Below are positions 1-13,100 of a stretch of DNA of 64,000 nucleotides, in pieces. Below the pieces are notes generated by a model. The model made no database searches. It saw only the letters and a list, made by a program, of their open reading frames with translations, and had not been told where the DNA came from. How positions within the stretch are numbered: the first letter of the stretch is position 1; the number at the start of each line of letters is the position of its first letter. The stretch is taken from contig NC_058383.1 in the NCBI RefSeq assembly GCF_018350175.1, positions 28,646,001 through 28,710,000 of the forward strand. The letters run 5' to 3'. The translations under genes were made by a program, and so were the position numbers. The stretch comes from Felis catus (lineage: Eukaryota).

Positions 1-537
1 AGGTGACCCAGATACACCGGGTTGTCCGCTCTGCCCCAGGACCCCCATCTTTTGCCCCATCCTTGCAGTCAGGAGACTCTTCAAATGCTTTCAACAATGT
101 GGACTTTCTTGGGGGGAGGACTTTAGCGCCATCTCATAATTTCCATTTGCCAGCAAAACCACCTTGACATGTAAATGTTTTTTGAGACGGGCAATAGAAA
201 TTTCCCCCCAATCTTGTATAAAGTAGAAAACCATGTTTCTGTTACTCTGTCCCACCCAATGTCGGTAAAGGCTTGCTATGATAGATGCAACTTTCCAATA
301 AATCCCCTGCTCCCTCCTTATGACCAGATTGCTGGCCCAAAGCCCCCTGTACAGGAATTCCAAAGCTCTCATTCCTTACTGAGCATCTAAGGACAGCAGG
401 AAAAAAATCTTAGAAACAGTTTGCAAGCCCCAACCCAGGAAAGGCTCCCTCACCCCTCTCCCCACCCATCCCTGGTAGTCTGTGCATTAGACTGCACTTC
501 ACAGTCTGGCTTAGCTCTAGTCCTACCAAAACACCAA

Positions 538-742
538 GCGCTTGGGTGACTCAGTCCGTTAAGTGTGACTTCCGCTCAGGGCATGATCTCACGGTCCGTG
601 AGTTTAAGCCCGGCCATCAGGCTCTGTGCTGACAGCTCATAGCCTGGAGCCTGCTTCGGATTCTGTCTCCCTTTCTCTCTGCCCCTCCTCCACTGGCTCT
701 CTGTCTCTCTCTCTTTCAAAAATGAATAAACATTAAAAAAAA
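538..742 (+). mobile_element. Can-SINE (feline SINEC)
   Basis: tRNA-like head, (CT) region, A tail; aacaccaag target-site duplication (TSD). Confidence 0.92.
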
Positions 743-1008
743 CCAACCAACACCAAGGATCCTTCTGGACCATGAACTATCCACAATCACCATTCGAATT
801 TCCTGTTAGACTCACTACACCAGCAGAGAAGGATCTGTTTTTGATGATAAGTATATTAACATTTAAATCAACCTTCTGTTTATTCCGCACCAGTGATTAA
901 CGGCCTCCTTTGTAAGGAAGCAGAACCTTAGGGCTTGGCTGAACCACAAAGAAACAGCAAACGTCCTCTGCTGGATGTCCCAAAGGCAGGCAGAGTAGGG
1001 TTATAATT

Positions 1009-1220
1009 AGTGGTGCTGCTGGCGAGTATTTAATAGCTGGCTAGGAGCCGGGAGGACGTAGGAGCCTTGGTCTGTATCATTTGCCAATTTCCATGGTGTA
1101 AATAGTCCCGCCAGGGCAGATTTTGAGCTTCCAGCAGTTCAACAATGAACTGGCAAAGATTCCTGCAAGTTTACATCACTGGTTGGAATGAGCAGGTGGG
1201 CAAACTGGGGGAGTACCTCT
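1009..1220. mobile_element. MER63-like hAT-Blackjack fragment
   Basis: tttgccaatttccatggtgtaaatagtccc and aagattcctg motifs. Confidence 0.55.
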
Positions 1221-1297
1221 TCACTATTCTTTAAATATTTATTCAACAACTATCTAGAAAGAGAAGCTGAGAACTGTGTAGGGAAAAGATTACCAGT

Positions 1298-1333
1298 GGT
1301 GATGATGATGGTGAGGGTGATGATGATGGTGAT
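1298..1333. repeat. (GAT/GGT)n imperfect trinucleotide repeat
   Basis: ggtgatgatgatggtgagggtgatgatgatggtgat. Confidence 0.8.
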
Positions 1334-1339
1334 TTTAGC

Positions 1340-1826
1340 TATAATTTATTCAGAATTTACCACGTGCCAGGCATAAAGGACTCTGTACAGATTATCCCCA
1401 TGAATCCATATAGAGTTATAACAACGCTGAGAGGTGGCTACTTATGTAATCATAAGCATCATACTTAGGTGATCATCGCTCATAACTGAAGATCCTGTGG
1501 CTCAGAGAGGTTAAGTGGCTCAACCAAAATCACACAGGTATTTACATGGTGGAGCCAGGGGGCACCTGGGTGGCTCCGTCAGTTGAACGTCTGACCGGCT
1601 CAGGTCATGATCATGTGGTTTGTGAGTTCGAGCCCTGAGTCAGGCTCTGTGCTGACAGCTTGGAGCCTGGAGGTTGCTTCGGATTCTGTGTCTTCCTCTC
1701 TCTGCTCCTGCCCCACTCACAGGCACTCTCTCTCTCTCTCTCTCAAAAATAAATAAACATTAAAAAAAATTTTTTTTTTAAATGTTGGAGCCAGGTGTTA
1801 ATCTGAGTGGTCTGACTCAGGTGCTC
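1340..1826 (-). mobile_element. MIR split by a Can-SINE
   Basis: gtgccaggca...ggctcagagaggttaagtg core, resuming after the SINE. Confidence 0.7.
1558..1770 (+). mobile_element. Can-SINE
   Basis: Full length; TSD atggtggagccagg / atgttggagccagg. Confidence 0.95.
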
Positions 1827-2229
1827 ACATTAAGACAGAAAGGAGCCTCTCCTTTATTCCTCCAAGAATTTTAACTCTGACACCAGTTCAACATAACCCC
1901 CTTAAAGACAAAAAACCAAAATCCTGCAGATGGCAGGATCTACTTAGAAAGTTGCCTAGAGGCCATCTATTGTTATTCACACCAGGGCCCTTGGAATGTG
2001 TTGGGGGGGGCAAGGGGGGGTGGCTTGCTCCTTTACTGGAGGAGAATTGCAATTTGGGGTTGCTCAGTATCCAAACTTCAAATTTGGGAGAACCATTCAG
2101 TATGTCAGTTTTCATCAGAGAAGTTACAACAGGGAGCTCCCCCTCCCTGCCCTCACGTTCCCAGACTCCACCAACCAGAAGATCCTGCCAAGACCACTAA
2201 GCAAATGGCACAGCGGTGAAAGCGTGGCG

Positions 2230-2470
2230 AGGCGGGACCTGTAATGTCCAGCAGCGATGACCGTGGTGTCCTGATCAGATCAGACCTATGGCCAGCCTCC
2301 GGAGCTCTCTTGACTCCTAACCATTTTCCAAGCCTGTCCTTCAGACTCTCTCTTCAGTTCTCTGCGGCCCCCCACCGCACCCCACCCCACTGTCTGTCTT
2401 GCAGTCAATCTCTTTTCATTTTGCTTGAGTCAGGCAAAGTTGATTTCTGTTGCTTGCAGCCAAGGACCCC
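2230..2470 (+). mobile_element. Old MLT1-type MaLR LTR 3' part
   Basis: gcttgagtcaggcaaagttgatttctgttgcttgcagccaagg terminus. Confidence 0.5.
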
Positions 2471-2639
2471 ACCCGAAATAAGCTTCTCCCCCAAGGGGCT
2501 CCTGCCACCCCCAGGAATCCTCCCTCTGAGGGAAGTTCTGATGGGGACAGTTTTCTCCATCTTGTGTCACGTTAATGAGTCTCTACCACCTTCTATGGAT
2601 TGATACCTGGCTAGCATGTCCCTTCATTCAGGACAGGAA

Positions 2640-3197
2640 GATGTCACCAAGAAGGTGTTAGAAAGGACTCATTTTAAGACAAGGGCTTCCTTTAGGTGCT
2701 TTGGGGGCCAGTTTGAAGGCAGTGGGCGTTTACTCTGAATTAGATATTGTCAGCAAGTGGGGGCGATCCTCTGATAAGTTATCTCAATCATTCCTCCCTA
2801 TAAAGTGAGCAGAACACAGCAAACTGAAGCTGTGGTTGGCAAGGAAGCAGCAGTCAGTCACATGAGCCAAGACATGGAGACGTCTGGTCGTTCGTGAGCT
2901 TTACACAGTGTTCGCGCCTTATTCACTTTCAGACACCCTCATGAAGTTGTTTTACTTTTGTTCCGATCTATCACGGTCTCAGAATGGCCTTGTCTGCTGT
3001 TGGTGATCTGCACAAGTGTTTACATCCAGGGGCACCTGGGTGGCTCAGTCGGTGGAGCGTCCGACTCTTGGTTTCGGCTCAGGTCACGATCTTGTAGTTC
3101 GTGAGTTTGAGCCCCGCGTCGGGCTCTGGGCTGACAGCGTGGAGCCTGCTTATGATCCTCTTTCACCCTCTCTTTCTGCCACTTCCCTGCTCGCTTG

Positions 3198-3235
<38 letters not shown>

Positions 3236-3368
3236 ATAAATAAAATAAACGTGAAAAAAATTGTGTTAAAAAAAAAGAAGTGTTTACACCTAATAGGAGA
3301 ACACTTTGGCCTAGCTCTGAGTACCGAGCGAGCTCCTGGCTGCCAGGGGCTGCTTTTCTCTTCCTCAC
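2640..3368 (-). mobile_element. MER67-like ERV1 solo LTR, interrupted by a Can-SINE
   Basis: Minus strand begins tgtgaggaagagaaaagcagcccctggcagccaggagc; cagacaaggccattctgagaccgtgatagatc motif. Confidence 0.7.
3029..3277 (+). mobile_element. Can-SINE
   Basis: TSD aagtgtttaca. Confidence 0.95.
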
Positions 3369-3746
3369 AGCAGAAGAATTAATTTATATACTTCCTATCT
3401 CCCCATAAGTAATTACGAAGCCCTTGGCTCTAGGGACCAGTCCTACCTATTTTCATCTTCCCGACGGTGCCTGGCCTGGTGCCTTGCACACAGAACGTGC
3501 TGTGGGAATGCTCCCCGAACTAAATCATGAGCTCTCAGGGACCTGGCACTATGGTTATGATTCTGCTTGATGAATATGCAGAAAATATGCAGAAGCATAT
3601 TTGCAAAATTTAAAAACGTGACTCATACAACTAGGGAAGAAACACTTGTCAAAAATTTATTTCACTCATTAACTAGGGAACCGGGAAGATGGCAGAGCTC
3701 ATTGTCAGAGCAGTGAGAGACTGGATTCATAGGTACTTAAAAAAAA

Positions 3747-3958
3747 TTTTTTTTTGATGTGTATTAATTTTTGACCGCAAAAGAGAAAGAGTGTGAACAG
3801 GGGAGGGACAGAGAGAGAGGGAGACACAGAATCCGAAGCAGGCTCAGGCTCTGAGTTGTCAGTACAGAGCCCAATGTGGGGCTTGAACCCACACACCGTG
3901 AGACCATGACCTGAGCTGAAATCGGATGCTTAACCAACTGAGCCACCCAGGGGACCCC
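3747..3958 (-). mobile_element. Can-SINE
   Basis: Reverse-complement consensus ending actgagccacccagg. Confidence 0.93.
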
Positions 3959-3974
3959 AGATAATTCTCCTTTT

Positions 3975-4575
3975 AATGTATTGTCAGGTTAGTAGTAGCC
4001 TAACGCTGTGTCATAACGCCTATGGCATTCACCTCAGTTCATCTAGTTACATTAGACCTTTTATCATCTCACATCATCACAAGAAGAAAAGTGAGTACAG
4101 GACAAGAAGATACTTTGAAAGAGAGACCACATATTATTATAACTGTTCTGTTTTATTATTAGCTACCATCGTTAACCTCTTACTGTGCCTAATTAACAAG
4201 TTAAACTTTATCATAGGTATGCGCGTCTAAGAAAACACAGTATAGGGGTGCCTGGGTGGCTCAACTGGTTAAGTGTCTGACTCTTGATCTCGACTCAGGC
4301 CATGATCTCATGGTTCCTGAGTTGGAGCCCCATGTCGCGCTCTGCATTGACAGTGTGGAGCCTGCTTGGGATTCTCTCTCTCTCCCTCTCTTTGCCCCTC
4401 CTGTGTGTGCACTGTCTCTCTCAAAATAAATAAATAAAGTTAAAAAAAAAAAAAGGAAAAGAAAAAACACAGTATATGTAGAATTTAGTACCAGCCATGA
4501 TTTCAAGCATCTACCTGTGTATGTGTTTGGGGGGGGGGGGTCTTGGAGTAACCCTGCAAATAAGGGAGAATTATT
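3975..4575 (+). mobile_element. MER44/Tigger7 3' part, interrupted by a Can-SINE
   Basis: ttatcatctcacatcatcacaagaagaa...ctcttactgtgcctaatt...ggggtcttgga...ataaggg right end. Confidence 0.8.
4245..4463 (+). mobile_element. Can-SINE
   Basis: TSD aaaacacagtata. Confidence 0.95.
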
Positions 4576-4619
4576 ATATATTATATACATAATATATAAT
4601 ATAGTACATATAATATATT

Positions 4620-5335
4620 GGATATATTGTATATATATGTTTGGGGTTTGTCCCTGATTCCTGGCACAGAGCTTGGTGGAATTCCACCCTTGCTGGAATT
4701 TCTGGAGGAAAAGGAATATCTTTTGTTGTTCATAATGATCCCCTCGGGCACAAACACCTGAGTTTATGCCAATGAGACGATCAGAGTGTGACCCCTGGAT
4801 AGCTTCATGTGGGGGCCGATCACCAAAAAGACCAAACATGTGATTAGAAGGTAGGAACTTTCAGTCCCACAGCCCACCTCTGATTAGAGGAAGGGGAATG
4901 CAGTCTGTGTTATTAAAAATGCTTGAACTTCCGGGTTGGTAGGCTCACCTGGGCTGGGAAGGAAGTGTGCCCCGAAAGGGCAAGGGAGCCCTGTGTCACC
5001 CCACCATCCCTACTCTTGTGTCCTCCACATCTTTTCCATTTGGCTGTTCCTTCCTAATAAACCAGCAAACACAAGCAAAATGCTTTCCTAAATTTTATGA
5101 ATCAATCTAGCAAATTACCCAATCTGGGGGAGCAGGAAGGAAACCCCAAGTTTGGACTTGGCTGGACAGAAGCGTAGCTGGCCCAGGACTCGTGATAAGA
5201 GTCTGAAGTGAGGCAAGTCTTGTTGGAATAAGCCCTTTCTTTAGCTTATGGGATCGCACCGTAGCTCCAAGGTAGATAGTGTCAAAATTGAATTAAATCG
5301 TTGGATACCCAGTTGGGGGTCACAGAATCAGATAA
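4620..5335 (+). mobile_element. MER21-like solo LTR
   Basis: ttcctggcacagagct...cccctggatagcttca...aaagaccaaacatgtgattagaaggtaggaactttcag. Confidence 0.75.
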
Positions 5336-5875
5336 TTAGTATGGAAAAATGACACGCATTTGGTCAAACACACCAAATACTCAACAAGAGAAGGTAAGCA
5401 ATTTGCCCAAGATCACACAGCCAGTGGGCCACTCAGCTGGGATCCCAGCTCTTACACAAATAAAGCTCTTGCCCTTCAAGCACTCCATATGCTTTCTCCA
5501 GCTTTGCTGACTACCTCACATCCTCCAGCAAAGGCAATATTCATATGCCTCTTGCAGGAAAGAAGGCTCAGTATGGCTAAGTCAGTGTTTCCTAAACACC
5601 TGTCTATCACCATGGCAATGACTGCCCGGACTCATGTGTGCTCCACTCTTATTCAGTATTTTTCTTACCATCGATTCATTTTTTATATGAAAAAAAATTT
5701 TTTTAATGCCTATTTATTTTGAGAGAGAGCGTGCGCAAAGGCACGCAAGTAGGGGAGGGGCAGAGGGAGAGAAAGAATCCCAAGCAGGCTCCACACTCAG
5801 CGCAGGGCTGGACACAGGTCTCGATCTCACAACTGTGAGATCACAACCTGAGCCAAGATCAAGAGTCAGATGCTA

Positions 5876-6080
5876 GGGGCGCCTGGGTGGCTCAGTCAGT
5901 TGAGCCTCTGACTTCAGCTCAGGTCATTATCTTGTGGTTCGTGAGTTCGGGCTCTGTGCTGACATCTGGGAGCCTGGAGCGTGCTTCAGATTCTATGTCT
6001 CCCTCTCTCTCTCTCTCTGTCCCTCCCTGCTCGGGCTCTGTCTCTCTCTCAAAAATAAACAAACATAAAAAAAAAAAAAA
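5876..6080 (+). mobile_element. Can-SINE (nested)
   Basis: TSD aagagtcagatgct at 5861-5874 and 6309-6322. Confidence 0.93.
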
Positions 6081-6087
6081 AAGAGTC

Positions 6088-6305
6088 GGGGCTCCTGGGT
6101 GGCTCAGTCAGTTGGGCAACTGACTTCACTGGGGTCATGATCTGCCAGATTGTGAGTTCGAGCCCCATGTCAGGCTCTGTGCAGACAGCTCAGAGCCTGG
6201 AGCCTGCTTCTGATTCTGTGTCTCCCTCTCTCTCTCTCTGCCCCTCTCCCGCTCACATTCTGTCTCTCTCCTTCAAAAATAAACATATTAAAAAATTAAA
6301 AAAAT
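6088..6305 (+). mobile_element. Can-SINE (nested in tandem)
   Basis: Preceded by aagagtc (6081-6087). Confidence 0.93.
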
Positions 6306-8006
6306 AAGAAGAGTCAGATGCTCAACCAACTGAGCCATCCAGGCGCCCCTATAAGAAAACTTTTTAACATAAAACGTTTTACAGCACCAGAGATAGAGAA
6401 CCAGTATTTTTCCTTAAAAGATATGAAAATAAATTCTTAATGAATGTTCCCCAGCTACCACCTAAAATCATCCCAGAGTGTAGCCCACTTTGGGAAACAC
6501 TGGACCAACTGAGTCGCCTGAGGTCACACAGCCTAGATCTCAACCCGGGTCCCAGCTGCAAGTCCAGAGCTGGTTCAGCCACAAGCAGAACCCCCCTGCC
6601 CCTGACCACGCCCTGTTTCTCATTAACTGTGCCAGCACAGCAAGAGGAGAGGAACTCTTGAAGTTTCTCAAGATGGCTCAATGTGACCAAAGGGGAGAGC
6701 AGACAGAGTGATGGCAGACGACAGATGGCCGGAGGGCTGACTCCTCCAGGCAGTTAATGATGCCCTGGGCAAGTCTCCCTGAAATTAATCAGAGCGCATC
6801 AGGGACTGAGACACACATCGAAACTGTGCCAGCGGCACATGGAGTTTCCCCCCAGAATGCGAAAGGCCAGCCGTAGAGGGCCTAAGGGCACCCGGAGACA
6901 GGGAACAACACTAGATAATCACCTGGGGGCGGGAGGGCGCTGAGCTCCCTTTTCATGACCTGGGACAGCTCGCCAAACTCCAGTGGGGAAAAGGTGAAGC
7001 CAGCACGCCAGTTCATTCAGGCGTTTTCGCAAGTGTTGCTTTCAAACCGAAATTTAGATCTCACTTTATAGACGGACAATTTTTGTCTTGGGCCAACCTC
7101 TAGCTCCACAACTCCCTCACGGAATCACAGAAAGGCTGTGGTGAGCATTCTCACGGCTAATACGTAGGCGCCACTTAAGGGGGCTGGGCTCTACCCCGAG
7201 TTCTTTCCACGCGTGTATGCATCTCTTTCTCATTCCAGCACTGTGAGGTGTGAATTTGTACCGCACCAGATTCACACAACAGGGACCCGAGGCTTAGCGT
7301 TTGTGCAGTTAGTCAGTGTAAGGCTGGGGGCGAATTTCTGCACCACCCAGCTCTACAATCCACCTTTATCGTATCACATTCTAATCCCCAAATCCCTCTG
7401 CAGTTCAGTGAAGAAGCCCAGAAACTCACTAATCTTCCAACTCTCGGCTGGCTCGCTTGATCTCTTCTAAAAAATAAAAACAAAGAGGGAGACCGTGTGT
7501 TGGTTTTCAGAGGTCAAAAACAGGTGGGTAACGGAGCGAGCTGAAAGCGATCGTCGCTGAGTGATTATAAATTCGGCCTTTGGTTATAAGCTTCTAGAAA
7601 GCTAATCGCTGTGATGTTCTGGACAACTACAGCACCAGGTTCAATTAAAGCCTTAATCAGCGTATTTTGATAACAGACACGATGGTGAAGACAACAGATG
7701 GCACTGGGATTTTCGCACACCACGGGAGACCACGCACATACATTTCATTCTGATCCCGATCACGATTCTAAGCAACTGGAGAGAGAGGTACCTCTCGCCA
7801 TGCCAGGAGCCATGCTAATGCGGGGTAGATTTTATATGTTGAGGCTGAGACCAATTTTCATCAAGAAAACATTGTGAAAAGAAAGTAAGAAGATGAGTCA
7901 GCTGTAAGCAGCTGACGGCCACCAGAGTTCTGTCTGCTTCACCCAGGGGAGAGGTGAGGGGCTGTTTGTGCAGTGGGAGGTGGAGGCGAGGAGAATTACC
8001 CTGACT

Positions 8007-8221
8007 TCTTTTTTTTGTTTGTTTTTAAGTTTCTTTATTCTGAGAGAGACAGAGAGTGAGTGGGGAAGGGGCAGAGAGGGAGGGGGAGAGAGAATCCCAA
8101 GCAGGCTCCATGCCGTCAGCGCAGAGCCCGATGTGGGGCTTGAATTCACGAGCCGTGAGATCACGACCTGAGCTGGAACCAAGAGTTGGACGCTCAACCA
8201 ACTGAGCCACCCAGGCGTCCC
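8007..8221 (-). mobile_element. Can-SINE
   Basis: Consensus match. Confidence 0.95.
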
Positions 8222-8254
8222 GTCCTGGCTGCTTTTAAAACTTGTAATGGCTGC

Positions 8255-8350
8255 ACTGTGCCTCGGGTCAATTAAACCAGACTCCAGGGTAAGACCCAGG
8301 CATCAGCATTTTCTCTAAACCTTTCCAGGTGATTCCCATGTGATTCACTG
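8255..8350. mobile_element. MER5A-like hAT fragment
   Basis: acccaggcatcagcatttt...ccaggtgattc. Confidence 0.55.
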
Positions 8351-9284
8351 CCTCCAGCCTCCGGCTGCTTCTTGTGTAAAGGCTCTGGATGTAGACCCGT
8401 CTGGGCTCCATCATGGAAGCCGAACCATCCTGAATTATGGGGCAAGGGATGCACTGTAGCAATTAGTCCTTCCACAATTGTGGGAAGAGCTGGGGACGGG
8501 AAGGTCTGGGAGGGGTTGCTGAAGGCCAGAGGGGTCACCGGCCAGCCCAGCTGGCAGATTAAGGATGCAGAGGGAAGGCAGGTGGAGGGGTCTATGGGAG
8601 GCTGTTGCCTTGTCTGCCAAGCTTCTAGAAGACACAGGGCCACTGTTGGTCAGCAGGGCCAGCAGCTGGGATGACAAGCTGGATGGGAAGTAGGGGAGAG
8701 TGAGGATAAGCTGGAGCTTCTGTGGCCTTCTCTATCTGATTACCTCCTCATCCACATGGCGGCCCTCCATGAGCAAACGCTGCGCTCCCCTTCTTCCTCT
8801 CAGATCTCCCACCTTTAACCTGGAACCAGACAAGGAAAAGGATTCTGGGAAATGGAGCTCTCAGCACAGCTGACAGAACATCCCAGCACGGACTAGAGGG
8901 AAGAGAGATCTCCTCCAGCTCCCTTGATGCAAGATAGTTTAGTAAAGGTGTAAAATGTGGGGAGAAAGGTTGGCACCTTAACTGCCAGGATCCAGATTTA
9001 TTTGGGGGAAGAAGGAGTTTTTGCTCAGAATCATACCTTGACAAACCCCTAGGGTAGTGTTTCCGAGCCCAAGCATCGTTTGTGCCCTGGCTTCTGGGAA
9101 ACAGATGAAACTGTACACGACAGGGAGGGGAAGTTGACTTCCTCAGAACTGAGAGGTTTGAGATAGGGAACAGCAAGCGAGGTGGTGAGTCTGGGTCCCG
9201 AGCATGCAGAAAGGCCGAGAAAAAGGAACCGCTTGGTACAGGATGTCTAAAAGAATCTCGTTGGCTGGGAATGTGGACTGTGGC

Positions 9285-9502
9285 TTTTTTTTTTTTCAAA
9301 AAATTTTTTAAACGATTTTAATGTTTATTTATTTTGAGAGGAAAAGAGCACATGCAAGCAGGGGAAGGGCAGAGAGAAGGGGAGAGAGAGGATCCCAAGC
9401 AGGCTCCATGTCCATTCCAGGGCTCGATCCCATGAAATGCGAGATCATGACCAGAGCCAAAACCAAGAGTGGATGCCTAATCGACTGAGCCATCCAGGAA
9501 CC
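9285..9502 (-). mobile_element. Can-SINE
   Basis: Consensus match. Confidence 0.9.
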
Positions 9503-10299
9503 TTTCGGGGGCGGGGAGCAGTTAATTGCTATGGAGAGCTCAGTGCAAGCCCTTTCCGGATGCTCAATTGGTCAACTCCTCAGATGACCTATGGGAGTAG
9601 CCTAGGGCTTTGCTATGTTCTGTTGTTATGGAAACTGGTGAAGCATCCAAGTTTCCTGCCCACGTGGATGGGGTTCCAGGACCCAGGAAACCAAGCCCAG
9701 GAGCAGAGAAGGGCTGAGAATGGAAACCCTGGAAATGCACAAGCATCCCAGCGGTGGATTTTGGATTGGCCCAGGCTGTGGCCACACAAGAGTAAGACAA
9801 TTCTCCAAGGGTCTGGAGAGGGGACACCCACTGGCCCACCCCATCTGAGGCTTCCGTGTATCGTGCAAGAATCATCCAGCTTCTATCTCCTCCCTTGGAC
9901 TGCATTAGGGCAGAGCTCTCGTCTAGATTGTTCATCCTACCTTCCCAGGACTCGACACATGGTAATTACACAGTAGATGCAGGTTGAATGAAGGAAGGAA
10001 TGAATAAAGGCTGGAATATCCCCAGGTTTGGAAACTCATTACCTCCCAAGGTAATCTTCAGCTGTTTCAAGACATAGCTCAGGTGCCCCTGAGGCTTCTC
10101 CTGTCCAGTCTGTACATCCTTGTCATGGAGGAGACCTTCAGTCTACCTTCCAATCTCCTCCCGTCTCCCATGTCCCCTGTTGAAGATAAATCAAGTACTA
10201 CTAAAAGCCAAGAGCATGGTTCCAACATCTGTCCTTACTAATGCAGATATCTGTTCATTTCCAAACTCAATTTCTTCCTGAAGGAAAGGAAAGTAATAT

Positions 10300-10510
10300 T
10301 AAATGAGCACTTAACTTGTGGTAAGCACTGGGCTGGGCAGTTAATACAAATGACTTCTTTTACTCCCCATAACCACCCTGTGTGATGTTGGAGCCATCCC
10401 CATTTGACAGATGAGCCAACTGAAGCTCAGAGAGGTTAAGGTATTTGTCCAAGACTGCACAGCCTGTAATGGTAGAGCTAGAGTTCAAACGTGGGTATAA
10501 TCTGACTTGG
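10300..10510 (-). mobile_element. MIR
   Basis: ccccatttgacagatgagccaactgaagctcagagaggttaag. Confidence 0.85.
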
Positions 10511-11365
10511 AGCGAGTATAGGTCTCTCTCTTTATCAGAAAGCAACCTGTCAAAGGTGAGGACACCCAGAACTGAAAATACAGGCTGCCCTTCCACTGGT
10601 AGAACCCAACTGGGAGTGTCTTAGATTGACTCAATCTAATGCAAACCCCCTGGGTTTAGGGGACCGAGGACACGAAGACCAACAGTGGGTCAAAATTCCA
10701 GAAGGAAAAAATTCATGTAATGCATCCTCCAATGAATAGCAGCCCATTAAATAAAGTAAAAAGACATAAATCAGGATATTTACATCTCCTGAGTGACTGG
10801 GGCCAGCTAAGCTTGTCGACCCAAAACACGAAGGCACACCTGCTAAGCTCTCTGCGTTTTCCATCCTTCCTTTTCTCTTTGAGCATTGTATCTGGGAAAT
10901 ATCAAGAGAAGGCTGGCTCTCACGTGAGTAGAAATGTGGAAATGAGGCTGGCCCAGTCAAGCATCATCTGATTCTGCACTGAGTGCAGAGGAAAGAGCTG
11001 AACCCTCAATTGAGACCATCAAGTGATACAGACAAGCACTTTTCAACCTCAGCTGCCACTCAAATCAGCAATTTTCTGGAAACAAGCAAAGAGAGTGAGA
11101 GACCCTTAATTGTCAGGCCACTGTACCTGCATTTCTGAGGCTCCCTCTGTCTCTGTCTCTCTCTGTCTCATAAGATGCCGTTTCTTTGGGAGATTTCAGA
11201 AAATAATGAGAACTTAGCATAAGATGAAGTGATGTGGGTTCTCCACGTAGAGTGTGCCTTCCCCTCCACTCAGCCTTACCACCGCCCTATCTGTCATTGT
11301 TGCTGCCACACTGGGGCTCCAGCTCAACGCTGGGCCCTTAAGCGAATTGCTACAGTCTCTCCTAA

Positions 11366-11863
11366 TGTGGTCGGCCGAATAACGTCCTTCAAAGACATGC
11401 ATGTCCTTGATCCCTGGCACCTGTGAATGTGTCACCTCATATGTCAAAAGGGACTCTGTGGGTGCGATTACATTAAGGGTCTTGAGATGGGAGATTTTCC
11501 TGGATTATTCAGCTGGCTTCTAAACATCACCACAAGCATCCTTGTAAGGGGGTGACGGAATGAGATGGGACACAGGGGAGGGAAGGAGATGGGTAATGTC
11601 AGCAGACAGAGGTTTAAAGATTCTGTCCTGCTGGCTTTGACCGTGGGGGAAGGGGCCACCAGCCAAGGAGTGCAAGAAACACAGGAAGAAGATTCTCCCC
11701 TGTGGCCACCAGAAGGAGCACGGTCCCTTGGACACTTGATTTCAGCCCAGGGAAACCGATTTCAGACCTCTGGCCTCCAGAACCATCAGAGCACGAACGT
11801 GTGTTATTTGAAGACACCAGCTTTGTGGTAGTTTGTTACAGCAGCCACAGGAAGCCCGTATAC
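11366..11863 (+). mobile_element. MLT1D-like MaLR solo LTR
   Basis: tgtggtcggccgaataac...cacctgtgaatgtgtcacct...ttgtggtagtttgttacagcagccacaggaa. Confidence 0.85.
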
Positions 11864-12104
11864 TTAGTAAAGCGTCTACACTGCAAGCTGTGTAGACAGT
11901 GTCACGCTGTCACTCTGGAGGAATGCTATGAACTGGACCGACCCACAGTCTCACCATCAGAGGACCAGGAAGCTCTCACTGCCAGGGTTTGCCACCACCA
12001 GGAGAGCCCTTGAAATGAGTCAGACACGGTACCAGGATTCTGGTCGGAGAAAGATACTGAACACATACTTACACCAATGGATGTAGATATTAATGGAGGG
12101 AAAT

Positions 12105-12326
12105 GTTTCTTTTTCTTTTGTTAAATTCTTTGTTTTTGAGAGAGAGAGCGAGAGAGAGAGAGCGCCACACGAGCAGGGGAGGGGCAGACAGAGAGGAAGA
12201 CAGAGGATCCCCAGCGGGCTCCGCACTGACAGCAGAGATCCCAATGCGGGGCTCGAACTCACGAGCCATGAGATCATGACCTGAGCCGAAGTCTGACACT
12301 TAACCGACCGAGCCACCCAGGCGTCC
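12105..12326 (-). mobile_element. Can-SINE
   Basis: TSD tggagggaaa. Confidence 0.95.
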
Positions 12327-12339
12327 TGGAGGGAAAGAT

Positions 12340-13100
12340 ATCTAAGGAAAGGATATGGTTATGGGGATAAGACTGGACACAGACTGGGAAGTGCTGGGAA
12401 AGCTTTCTTCAGGTGGAAGCCTGGACCTGAGCCCTGCAGGGAGAGGGAAGGTGAACCAGGCAAAGAGGGTGGGGGAGGAGGGGTGCAGGCAGAGGGAAGG
12501 GCACAGAAAGCAGACCCAGTGGAAGGGCAGACCCCAGACTGTGGGGGGGGGGGTGGATCTGAAAGGCACCCTGCAGGGTGCAGAGCAGGGGTGGGGGCTG
12601 TGGGTGGAGAAAAGATGAAGAACAGCGCAGAAGAGGCAGGAACGGACCCAGGGGGACCTCATAGGCTTGATCATAGTAACAAATTCAGGAAAGTGATGAA
12701 ACTGGGAGCTGTGGTCTGATTTGCATTCTGAGAGGCTCCCTCTGGCCGTGGTACCCTGGCCTGGAGGGCAGCACGGTGGGAGGCTGGGAGGCTCTTAAGA
12801 TCCAAGAGACAGATAGAAGTGTGCACTTGGGTGGTGGCCGTGGCGATGGAGAAACGTGATGGTTCTAAAACTATTTTAGGAGGTAAAATGTGACTCAGTT
12901 TGGGGATGGACTGAATATGTGAGGTGGCAAGCTGGAAGGAGTCAAGAATGGCGTCTAACTTTGGAATCTGGCGTTCCCACATGGGTAGAGGCTGGTGCGG
13001 GGCCATTTACAAAGCTACGTTTGGTGGGACAGGCTAGGGGATGGCACGGGGATCATGAGTTTCGACTTGGGCGTGTTGGGTTTGATGTATCTGAGATATG
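12340..13100 (-). mobile_element. L2 fragment
   Basis: gtctgatttgcattctgagaggctccctctggc, ttttaggaggtaaaat, gagtcaagaatg. Confidence 0.75.

Larger units (their letters stand above)
5697..6349 (-). mobile_element. Can-SINE split by two nested SINEs
   Basis: Body 5697-5874, head resumes 6323-6349. Confidence 0.9.
5583..6502. mobile_element. Charlie4-like hAT non-autonomous element hosting three nested SINEs
   Basis: Terminal inverted repeats cagtgtttcctaaa / tttgggaaacactg; taccacctaaaatcatc subterminal motif. Confidence 0.65.

Noticed and set aside
2000..2025. G-runs as G-quadruplex elements (also near 4529 and 12544)
   Set aside because: Isolated homopolymer tracts with no functional context
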